DNA of 64,000 nucleotides from Mediterranea massiliensis (GTDB lineage: Bacteria > Bacteroidota > Bacteroidia > Bacteroidales > Bacteroidaceae), in assembly GCA_015060695.1 (NCBI GenBank), contig SUYA01000008.1, forward strand, positions 18,742 to 82,741, in the 5' to 3' direction. Shown here piece after piece: positions 50,277 through 59,700 of this stretch (position 1 is its first letter; every line of letters starts with the position of its first letter). A model generated the notes under the pieces. That model was not told the origin of the DNA and ran no database searches. It saw only the letters and a list, made by a program, of their open reading frames with translations. The position numbers and the translations under genes were made by a program.

Positions 50277-51104
50277 TTACATAGTTTTGTTCCAAGGTCC
50301 CCAAATGGTAGGGGAGGTCAATGTATCTTGAAGTGAGATTAGTTGATAAGATTTTGTTCCTTTCGATAAGTAGGGAGAGCCATGCTGTTGTCCTACTGCT
50401 ATGCGAATGTATTTGCCGGTATGGCTAAGATAATCGTCGGTCAGTTCGGCCAAGTGCAATGCCCAACCCTCTTCCGACACATAGATGTGGTACCCCTTTC
50501 CATCCATATCTACAAATAATGACATCTCACCGGCCATTTGTCCACCGGGTAAATCCCGTTTCACCAATAACCCTTTCTTTACTGCGTTATTCCACTCTTT
50601 TGAACCCTTTGAATGGTAATTTTTCCATTGCAGTGTGTCGAGGGTTATACGTTCATTGGTAGTCATCTCTGCCGGGTACTTCATCGGGTTTACTCTACCG
50701 GCGCGAACAAATTGGTATGGACCTTCTATCTGTTTGCTTACTGCAACGGCTGCGTATGCGGCCCAATCTGCCTGATTGTTGATTTCCAACTGAAACCACA
50801 TGACAAACTGTTTGCTACGTGCGTTGTATAGCACGGAAGGTGAGGACATTGTACATCCGTAGGCTATTGGGCTGACAGCCTCTATTTCACTCTTTAATGC
50901 TGTTCCTTCCCTTTCCCATACTTGCAAGTCATCCGATGTGTAACACCCCATATCTCCATTTGCTGTTTGGGCAAATTTATAGTGCTTCCCTCCTTTAGTT
51001 ATCACTCCTTGTCGGAAGTCATACGTTATTTCTGGTGCCTCTTGTTGGCATCCCATCAATAGTATGATGCTCGCTACCCATGCTGCAATCCGTTCTCTGT
51101 TCAT
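50277..51104 (-). CDS. GH43 subfamily 24-like lipoprotein, truncated and apparently non-catalytic
   Basis: Lipobox LMGC. Segments CYTSDDL, VAVSKQIEGPY, LFVDMDGKGYHIYVSE and AELTDDYLSHTGKYIRI match GH43_24, but the catalytic motifs are degenerate. Confidence 0.8.
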   Translation of the reverse strand: MNRERIAAWVASIILLMGCQQEAPEITYDFRQGVITKGGKHYKFAQTANGDMGCYTSDDLQVWEREGTALKSEIEAVSPIAYGCTMSSPSVLYNARSKQFVMWFQLEINNQADWAAYAAVAVSKQIEGPYQFVRAGRVNPMKYPAEMTTNERITLDTLQWKNYHSKGSKEWNNAVKKGLLVKRDLPGGQMAGEMSLFVDMDGKGYHIYVSEEGWALHLAELTDDYLSHTGKYIRIAVGQQHGSPYLSKGTKSYQLISLQDTLTSPTIWGPWNKTM

Positions 51105-51121
51105 CTCTTTTTATTAATTGG

Positions 51122-51151
51122 AAAAGGCATCCTCTCGAAAGAGGATGCCTT
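51122..51151 (-). terminator. Terminator after susD2
   Basis: Minus strand AAGGCATCCTCT-ttcg-AGAGGATGCC-TTTT. Confidence 0.8.
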
Positions 51152-51202
51152 GACAAATTAAATCCTATGGATTTATTTCTTACCTATTGAAAAACTCTTC
51201 TA

Positions 51203-53227
51203 TTATTCAACGATATCTTCGTCAGCTACAGCGTCTTTCCAATCTGTCCACATAGGTGTGTTTTCGCTGTAACCGTCGTAACCGTAGTTTTGACGAAGTT
51301 GTCCCTTGTTGTTAGCTGTGATAGCTGAATTGGGAACCGGCCAGTGCAAGTTGTGCTTGTTCACCTTGTATTCAAATTGTTGTGAACCTTGTGAACCCTT
51401 GCCGTAAGGTTGGTTGAACACGTTGTATTTTGTACAACGTTGGAACCAGTAGCTACCACCGGCCAAGTCTGTACCGCTTTGCTTGTCCCAAGTGTCGATG
51501 CTGTAAGTTTGACCCCATTCATCGGGCTTGCCACTCTTAGCCAAACACCAAGATACGCGAACCATTTCAGCTTGACGGAACTCTTCCATATACAATTCAC
51601 GAGCACGTTCGTCCATGATGTCACCGATAGTTACCTTGTCGTACATCTTCTTAGCGTTGGCACGTTTACGTACTGCATTTACGTCAGCAGCAGCTTCAAC
51701 ATCCTTGCCTTGGTAGAACTTAGCTTCAGCACGGAGCAAGTAAGTGTCAGCTAAACGGAACAAGTACATGTCACCGTTACAGCCCTTACCTTGAGCACCT
51801 TGGAATTGGTTTTGACCCAAACCTGCTTCAGCAACTTCGTCGAGGATGTAGAGTTGGTACAACGGAGTGGGGTACCAGCTACGGATAGTATCCGAGCAGA
51901 GGATGTCACCCTTAGCAACTACCAACTTACCGTCTTTGTCAAAGTAATCTTCAGTAGCATAGAGTCTGTAGTTTTCACCATACAAGTCAGACTTCGGGTT
52001 GTTGTACTTGAAGTCTTCCATTTCCATCCAGTTACCTACTTCACGGTTGTGACGAAGGTCTTGCCAGTCCATTTCACCATCATAAGTCCAGATGGTCTTG
52101 TTGTAGTGATAAGAAGTACGGTTCAATGCGATACCACGGCCGGCTACACGTACCCAGTCGAGTTTCGGATTGTATTCCTTAGCATTACGAGCGTAGTTTA
52201 CACCCGGGCCACCCAAACCGTGCGGGTCACGGATAATACCGTTGCTCCAGTGAGCGAAGTTGGCACGCATGATGTTGTAAGTGGTGAAGTTTTGGTCGTT
52301 AGAGTTGATGATAGGCATAATCAACTCCTTGTTTTCTGCGTGGCAGATGTTAGGAGTACGGTGCAAGTCCCAAACCACGTTACGGGTAACCTTCCAAGTT
52401 TCTTCGTTACCAGAGGGTTGCCATGTACCAAACGGTTCAGTCATCAGTTGCAAACCGTGGTTGCTGATCAACTCAGTAGCCAACGATTCAGCTTTGGCAT
52501 ATTCGCCGTTTACTAAGTAAACCTTTACCAACAGGTGCTTACAAGCCTCTTGGTTAACCATACCGAGGTAAGACATGGTAGCTTGAGTGGGCACCCACTT
52601 GCAAGCAAATTCCAAGTTTTCTTGCAACATCTGGAAGATGGCAGTTTTGCTGGTAGAAGTATAGTTTTGCTTAGGAACTTCCGGCAACTTGGTTACCAAA
52701 GGAATATCACCAAATTGCAATGCCAAGTTGTAGTAAGCGTAAGAATGGTGGAACAAGGCACGACCCTTGTAAGCATTCTTGGTAGCTTCGTCCAAACCTT
52801 CTACTTTGTCAACGTATGACAATACAGAGTTGGCATATTTCACGATGTTGAAACCTTCGTTCCAGAAACGTTGCATGTAGTTACCGTCACCACCGGTACC
52901 CATACCTGAAGTCGGAGTCAACTTAGCGTCGAAGTTGTCTTGGAAACCACCACCCATATCGGTCTTGGCATACATGCCGACATCAGTTAAGTAGTAGTTG
53001 GTTGAGAGACCTACGTTGTTCCAGTTACCGTCGAGGATGTAGGTTTTCAAGGCCTTGTCACACATGGTCAAGGCTGCCTCCAAACCTTCTTCGGTAGAGT
53101 AAGTGCTGGTAGGCTCGTAGAATGAGAGGGGATCTTGTTCCAAAAACGAGTCTGAACAAGCAGCCATCATGGCAGTCAGTACTACTGCTGCACCACCCTT
53201 ATACAAAGTATTTATATAATTTTTCAT
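51203..53227 (-). CDS. RagB/SusD family lipoprotein (SusD2)
   Basis: Lipobox MAAC-SDSFLE, FRLADTYLLRAEA, DERARELYMEE and QNYGY. Confidence 0.94.
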   Translation of the reverse strand: MKNYINTLYKGGAAVVLTAMMAACSDSFLEQDPLSFYEPTSTYSTEEGLEAALTMCDKALKTYILDGNWNNVGLSTNYYLTDVGMYAKTDMGGGFQDNFDAKLTPTSGMGTGGDGNYMQRFWNEGFNIVKYANSVLSYVDKVEGLDEATKNAYKGRALFHHSYAYYNLALQFGDIPLVTKLPEVPKQNYTSTSKTAIFQMLQENLEFACKWVPTQATMSYLGMVNQEACKHLLVKVYLVNGEYAKAESLATELISNHGLQLMTEPFGTWQPSGNEETWKVTRNVVWDLHRTPNICHAENKELIMPIINSNDQNFTTYNIMRANFAHWSNGIIRDPHGLGGPGVNYARNAKEYNPKLDWVRVAGRGIALNRTSYHYNKTIWTYDGEMDWQDLRHNREVGNWMEMEDFKYNNPKSDLYGENYRLYATEDYFDKDGKLVVAKGDILCSDTIRSWYPTPLYQLYILDEVAEAGLGQNQFQGAQGKGCNGDMYLFRLADTYLLRAEAKFYQGKDVEAAADVNAVRKRANAKKMYDKVTIGDIMDERARELYMEEFRQAEMVRVSWCLAKSGKPDEWGQTYSIDTWDKQSGTDLAGGSYWFQRCTKYNVFNQPYGKGSQGSQQFEYKVNKHNLHWPVPNSAITANNKGQLRQNYGYDGYSENTPMWTDWKDAVADEDIVE

Positions 53228-53242
53228 GTCTGTTTTTATGAA

Positions 53243-56200
53243 TTAGAGTGTAACATTAATACCAAATTGGAATTGACGGTTTGCATAGCCACCTGTTTCG
53301 GGGTCACCGTATTCCCAACCGTCGATAGTAAACACGTTGTTGATACCGGCGGTGAGGTGAACTCTTTCGAGCATGAACTTCTTGGTCCAAGCTTGCGGCA
53401 AGGTATAACCGAGGGTAATGTTGTCCAAACGAACGAAGTTGCGGTTGTAAACCTTGTTCACACCTGTTGCACCCTTAGGACCTACTGCGTTCAGACGACC
53501 ATAGTCGTTGGTCGGGTTGTCCGGAGTCCAGTATTCCTTCACGTAAGTGTTACAAACTTGAGTAAACATAGAACCAGAGTTGTCGTTGTTCAAATAGTAA
53601 CCGGCTTGGCTCTTGTGACCCATGTAAGAATACAATGAGAACGAGAACTTGAAGTTCTTGAAGAAGGTGAATTCGTTGCGCATGTTCCAGTAAATAGGCG
53701 GGTTACGAGTTCCTTGATACACCTTATCCTTGTCGTTATAAACAGGAGTACCATCGGCATTGTCGTCACCGGTGTAGTGGTTGATCACTTTCGGATCACC
53801 CGGTTGTTGGCCTACCTTAGCAGCTTCTTCTGCTTCGTCCAATTGCCAGATACCATCTACTTCGAAGTCCCAGATTTCACCGATAGGCTTACCAATGAAC
53901 CAACCGTTGCTGGTATCGTCGATTTCCTTACCGTTTTCATCGTATTCGTAGTACAAGTGCTTGATTTCATTCTTGTTGTAAGAGAAGCCCAAAGAAGTGT
54001 TCCAAGTGAAGTTTTCACGCTCAATGTTAGTAGAATTCAAAGTGATTTCGATACCGGTGTTGGTTACTTCACCCAAGTTGGTAGTGATGCTGCTGAAACC
54101 AGTGAAGTTCGGTAAGCGTTGTGACATAATCATGTCGTGAGTCTTCTTGTGGTAAAGTTCAACGCTACCGGTCAAACGATAGTCGAGCACTGCGAAGTCC
54201 AAACCTACGTTGTAGGCAGTGGTCTTTTCCCATTCCAAGTTGGGGTTACCCAAACGGTTTACGTAGAGGGCATTTACTACGGCTTGCGCACCGTTGTTCC
54301 AATAACCCATTACACCACCGTTAGACAAGTTAGAAAGTGATCTATAAGTGTCGCCCAAAGAACGGTTACCGTTAGTACCGTAAGATAGACGGAGCTTACC
54401 GGTGTTCAACCAATCGAGGTCAACGAAGCTTTCTTCTGAGAATACCCAGCTACCACCGACTGACCAGAAAGTAGCCCACGGATTATTTTGACCAAATGCC
54501 GAGTAACCGTCACGACGTACAGTACCGGTGAACATATAGCGGTCTTTGTAACCGTAGAACAAACGGCCGAGGTAAGCGGCTGCTGTTGAGTGAGTATCGT
54601 TGGTTGAGAATGAAGATTGATCCTTGTTGGCACCGCTTACATAGTGGAAGCCCAATACGTCTGTCGGAGTGATGTTACGAGCAGAGATATTGTCGCTCCA
54701 GTAACGGTTTTCTTCAGCTTCTTGTACCAAAGTTACAGTGAAACGATGGTCACCGAAAGTCTTGTCCCAAGTAATAGTATTGTTCAAGTTCCAATCGAAG
54801 TTCTTAGAAGTGTTACGGTTAACACCACGGCTTGAAGCTGTGCTGTTAGGCAGGTCAGCTGACATGAAGTAACGGTCGTAGAACCATTGGAAGCGAGGAG
54901 CAATGTTGAATTGGTAAGAGAAACCGAACGGCAAAGTAATCTTAGCATTGAAGATTGTATTCAATACGGTATAACCCTTTTCCAAGTCAATGTATTGTTG
55001 GTTGAAGTGGTAGTTGTAACCGGGGTTAGTGGGGTTACCGTTACGTGGATATTGTACTTCGTTACCATTTTCGTCGAAACGAGAAGAGAATGGTGATTCA
55101 CGCATCTGGTTGTCGTCCCAGTAGTTGCTACCCAAAGCCACAGGGCTTGATTCGTCGCTACGGTCTTGGAAGTTAACGTTAGCGTTTACTTCAAACCAGT
55201 CGGTAATCTTGGCATTCAATTTCATGTTAGAACGGAAAGCACGATAGTCATCACCTTGGATGGCACCTTCGTTGTTCAAGTAACCGAAGCTCAAGTAGTA
55301 GTTTACCTTATCAGTTGCACCAGAGATGCTGGCGTTGTAGTCTTGGTTGAAACCGGTACGGAATGTTGCATCTTCCCAGTTATAAGTTCTGTCATTCAAG
55401 AAGTTGTCATAGATCAAAGCAGCATCTACGTTCAAACCCATACGACGACCGTAGAGTTCCTTGAGGCTTTCGCCAGCTTGCATGGTCAACGGACCGTTAG
55501 AAGCCCAAGCGTCTTGGTTAGAAACTTTGCTGTAGTGATCGTAGTAGCCTTCGGGAATACCGCTGGCAGTGCTGTAGTAACCCCACTTGCCGTCTGCACG
55601 GTAACCGTAAGTAGTTGCCTTATACCAATCTTCGCGGTATGACAAGAAACCGGCAGCATCATATACATCGCGATATGTAGCCTTGGTGTTGGCAGCGATG
55701 TTAGCGCTTACGTTGATAACCGGCTTACCTTCCTTACCCTTCTTAGTAGTGATGATGATAACACCGTTTGCAGCCTTGGCACCGTAAACAGCAGCTGAAG
55801 AAGCATCTTTCAATACGTCAATCTGACCGATGTCATCGGGGTTGATTTCTGAAAGTTCACCGTTAAACATCATACCATCGAGGATAATCAACGGAGAAGT
55901 GTTGGTTCCCAATGAGTTTTGACCACGCAATTGGATGCTTGAACCACCCTTAGCAGAAGTTGAGTAACCGATTTGCAAACCCGGAGTACCACGGAGCAAG
56001 TCTGATACGGTAGCGGGGTTCTGGTCAGCCATCTTGCTGGCGTTGATCTGAACAACCGAACCGGTCAAGTCCTTCTTACGCATTGAACCGTAACCAACAA
56101 CTACTACTTCTTCAAGCATTTCGTTGTCTTCTACCAGGTTGATGCTTAATGTTTTCTTTCCTTCAACTGCAATTTCTTGAGTTTTGTAGCCTACGAAGCT

Positions 56201-56455
56201 AACAACCAAAGTTGCGTTAGAAGGAACTGTGAGAGTAAAGTCACCGTCGATGCCGGTGATAACACCATTGGTGGTACCTTTCTCAACAACACTGGCACCG
56301 ATAACGGGACCCAGCGCATCGTTTACCACACCTTTTACAGTAATTGCATCTTGCGCATTAATGAACGGAACGTTCAAAAAGAGCGCCATGCAAATTGCCA
56401 ATACAGAAAGCACGCGGCTTCCAAAAGGCATTGAGGAAATCTTTCGCTTTTCCAT
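53243..56455 (-). CDS. SusC/RagA TonB-dependent transporter (SusC2)
   Basis: EVVVVGYG, LKDASSAAVYGAKAANGVIIITTK, RRDGYSAF and NPNLEWEKT. Confidence 0.97.
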   Translation of the reverse strand: MEKRKISSMPFGSRVLSVLAICMALFLNVPFINAQDAITVKGVVNDALGPVIGASVVEKGTTNGVITGIDGDFTLTVPSNATLVVSFVGYKTQEIAVEGKKTLSINLVEDNEMLEEVVVVGYGSMRKKDLTGSVVQINASKMADQNPATVSDLLRGTPGLQIGYSTSAKGGSSIQLRGQNSLGTNTSPLIILDGMMFNGELSEINPDDIGQIDVLKDASSAAVYGAKAANGVIIITTKKGKEGKPVINVSANIAANTKATYRDVYDAAGFLSYREDWYKATTYGYRADGKWGYYSTASGIPEGYYDHYSKVSNQDAWASNGPLTMQAGESLKELYGRRMGLNVDAALIYDNFLNDRTYNWEDATFRTGFNQDYNASISGATDKVNYYLSFGYLNNEGAIQGDDYRAFRSNMKLNAKITDWFEVNANVNFQDRSDESSPVALGSNYWDDNQMRESPFSSRFDENGNEVQYPRNGNPTNPGYNYHFNQQYIDLEKGYTVLNTIFNAKITLPFGFSYQFNIAPRFQWFYDRYFMSADLPNSTASSRGVNRNTSKNFDWNLNNTITWDKTFGDHRFTVTLVQEAEENRYWSDNISARNITPTDVLGFHYVSGANKDQSSFSTNDTHSTAAAYLGRLFYGYKDRYMFTGTVRRDGYSAFGQNNPWATFWSVGGSWVFSEESFVDLDWLNTGKLRLSYGTNGNRSLGDTYRSLSNLSNGGVMGYWNNGAQAVVNALYVNRLGNPNLEWEKTTAYNVGLDFAVLDYRLTGSVELYHKKTHDMIMSQRLPNFTGFSSITTNLGEVTNTGIEITLNSTNIERENFTWNTSLGFSYNKNEIKHLYYEYDENGKEIDDTSNGWFIGKPIGEIWDFEVDGIWQLDEAEEAAKVGQQPGDPKVINHYTGDDNADGTPVYNDKDKVYQGTRNPPIYWNMRNEFTFFKNFKFSFSLYSYMGHKSQAGYYLNNDNSGSMFTQVCNTYVKEYWTPDNPTNDYGRLNAVGPKGATGVNKVYNRNFVRLDNITLGYTLPQAWTKKFMLERVHLTAGINNVFTIDGWEYGDPETGGYANRQFQFGINVTL

Positions 56456-56516
56456 TGATAATTTTTAAAAGTTAGTAATAATAAATAATGTGTGTTTTAA
56501 AATTTTAATTTTGGCG

Positions 56517-56524
56517 CAAATATA
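56517..56524 (-). promoter_or_regulatory. -7 element of susC2
   Basis: TATATTTG on the minus strand. Confidence 0.6.
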
Positions 56525-56556
56525 GGAGGTACTTTTTTATGTGGTAGGTCAATTAT

Positions 56557-56623
56557 TCGTCAAATAGGGTATAGAAATCGGTCAGATATGTGAAATGACG
56601 AAAAACTATACCTAAAATGACGA
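56557..56623. promoter_or_regulatory. Candidate HTCS operator between divergent susC2 and HTCS2
   Basis: Two inverted 28-bp arms, each TCGTCA-N5-GGTATAG-N4-(T/C)(C/G)GTCA. Confidence 0.6.
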
Positions 56624-56701
56624 TTTATTATATCCTTGTGCGGAGAAATGAATTATCTGTTTCTCTTAATTTTGTAGCGATGAAATAAAATAGGAGATTT
56701 G

Positions 56702-59700
56702 ATGCGGAATAGAATGCGGTTTATATGGTTGCTAATTTGGATAAGTTGTAACGTTTCGTTGTCTCTGCAAGCTCAACGTCGAATTATTCAATTGGGCGTG
56801 AAAGACGGTATGTCTAACAATTATGTGGTTGCTTTGGAAAGAGACGATAAAGGTTACATCTGGATTGCTACCGAATCGGGTTTAAACCGCTTTGACGGTA
56901 CACGTTTTACTATATATAACAAGAATAATTCTGGTTTGTGTAACGATGCCTTGAACTGTTTGTTACACGATGCCAGTCGTAATTGTCTTTGGATAGGTTC
57001 GCAGCGCGACGGCATCAGTCGTTTCGATTATCATTCAGAAACCTTTACCACACTTTCTGTTTCCGATGGCTCTATAATCAGTAATGACATACCGTTTATC
57101 TCTTCTTCGGCCGATGGAGGAATTTGGATAACCCATTACCACATGGGTGTTCAATATTTTCATCCCGAAAAAGGTGTTACTGAAGTTTATGATAAAAACC
57201 GATTTCCAGCTTTGGCAGGCCCCTATTGGGTAGCTAAGGAAGATGGTGAGGGAAAACTCTATATTGGGACGGTGCATAGCGGCTTGGCAGTTGTAGATTT
57301 AAAACGAAATACTTTGCAAACCTTCCGGCACGATCCTGAAGATTCCAGTAGCCTGCCTGGAAATGAGGTCTATTCCATTTGTATTGATAATAGTAAGAAT
57401 GTATGGGTAGGTACCAATCGTGGGATGGCATTATTGAATAGTCAGACCGGTCGGTTTAAGGTGTTCCGTCATCAATCGGAAAGATCTTCTTCTTTGTTAC
57501 CAGGTACTGTGTATGATATCAAGCAGATGCAGAATGGTGAAATCTGGTTTGCTACCAATATGGGTGGTGTTAGTATTCTGAATATGCAAGACAATACGTT
57601 TACTGATCCGCAGCATGTTGTTTTCCGGAATCTGACTGTGAGTAACGATGAGTTCGGTTTGTCCGGTCCTTATGTACGTCGTTTGATGCAGGATGCTTAT
57701 GGTAATGTGTGGTTGGGTAACTACAGAGATGGTTTGGATTTTGTAGGAAACGATTCTCAACTTTTTCAGATATTACCATACGTAAACAATCGTTCTCCAC
57801 TATTCCCTTATCGGCAGGTGTGGAGTCTTTGGATGGATAAGGATGATGCATTGTGGATGGGGGGTGAAGGCGAATTGGCTCGCTATGATGCGTCGGGTAC
57901 GGTAGAATCCATTCCCCTTCCTACTTGGCAAACTCATCCGCATGCTTATGTCCGAGCATTGTATGGCGATAAGGCTGGACGTTTGTGGGTAGGTACTTGG
58001 GAAGGTGGCCTATTCTATTATGATAAATCCTCTAAGCGATTTGAAAGAGTATCAGTTGACGGTCGTTTGCCTATAGATGTGCGTTGCTTTCGAGAAGACT
58101 CTTCGGGAAAGTTGTGGATTGGTGCCCGTGACGGCATCTATTCGTATGCCGATGGCCGCTTGCAGCATGAAGATGCGTTAAACAAACAGATGTACGACTT
58201 GTTAGTGCAGGGGTTGTGCTTCGATCATTTGGGACGTTTGTGGGTGGGTACTTTCGGTAAAGGTATCCATTTGTTTGATACTTCCGGTAAATTATTGTTG
58301 CGGCACGAAACAGCTAACGGATTCCCTTCGAATGCCGTCAATGCACTATATATAGATTCGAAAGGACGCGTTTGGGCAGCTACCCGCGAAGGGGCTGTGA
58401 TGTTTGCCGACATGGAGAAGCCGGAAAGTTACACCCTCTTTTCGCCCGAACACGGTCTGCCCAATCCGCAAGTGCGTGCTTTTCAAGAAGACCGTGACGG
58501 ATATATGTGGATAAGTACCAACGTGGGTATCTCTCGATTGGATGTGGCGAAAAAAGAGTTTTCCAACTATAACCACTGTGACGGGTTGCCACGAGGTAAC
58601 TATATGGACGGAGCAGCGGTGATCGATGCCGATGGAGAGATTTATTTTGGTTCGCAAAACGGTGTTTGCAGCTTTAGTCCTTCCTATTTGAGCGAATTGC
58701 AGCCGGTGGCGCCGGTTGCCATTACTCGTTTTACGGTTTATGACCAGCAGACCGAGAGCCGCTATGTGGAGACAGCCCTGCCGCTCTCCGAAGGAAAAGT
58801 GGTGTTGCCCAACCATTGGAATGCGTTTAACATAGCCTTCAACGTGATGGATTATAGCCAGAATAGGCAGGTGGATTTTGCCTATATGTTGCAAGGATTA
58901 GACGAAGTGTGGTATAATACGTTGGAAGAGAATCAAGTGAGTTATCGGAATGTCCCTCCCGGCAATTATACCTTCAAGGTGCGTACTCGCCTGCGCAACC
59001 AAGATTGGGAAGCGGATATTGCCGAACTGGATATCGTGGTGCGTCCACCGTTCTATATGACGTGGTATGCCAAACTGTTTTACTTCTTGCTGGCGTTGGT
59101 GATAGTTTGCTATCTGTTGAAGATTTACAAGCGGCGCATAGAGTTGGAAAGCAACCTGCAGATAGAACGCGAAAACAGTCGCAACAAACAAGAGTTGAAC
59201 GACGAACGGTTGCGCTTCTATACCAACATTACTCATGAATTGCGAACGCCACTGACGTTGATTTTAGGCCCCTTGGAGGATTTGCTGAACGACAAGAGCC
59301 TTGCAGAGAAACATTCCAAGCGGATAGGATTGATATATGGGAGTGCCATTCGTTTGTTGGGACTGATAAACAGCATCTTGGAGTTCCGTAGGACAGAAAC
59401 TCAGAACCGTAAATTGGCGGTGTCACATGGCAACTTGGCCGGATTGGTGCGTGAGTTGGGAGTACGTTATAAAGAGTTGAATAGGAACGAACGAGTGAGT
59501 TATCAGATTTTCATTGAGCCAGAAGAGTGCTACATGCTGTATGATGCCGATATGATAACTACGATTGTGGAAAACTTATTGAGTAATGCCGCCAAATACA
59601 CACCTGAAGGAACCATATCGCTGACCATGAAGGTGTTAGAAGAGGAGGGTGTGAAATATACCGAAATTAGTGTCAGTGATACCGGCTATGGCATATCGGA

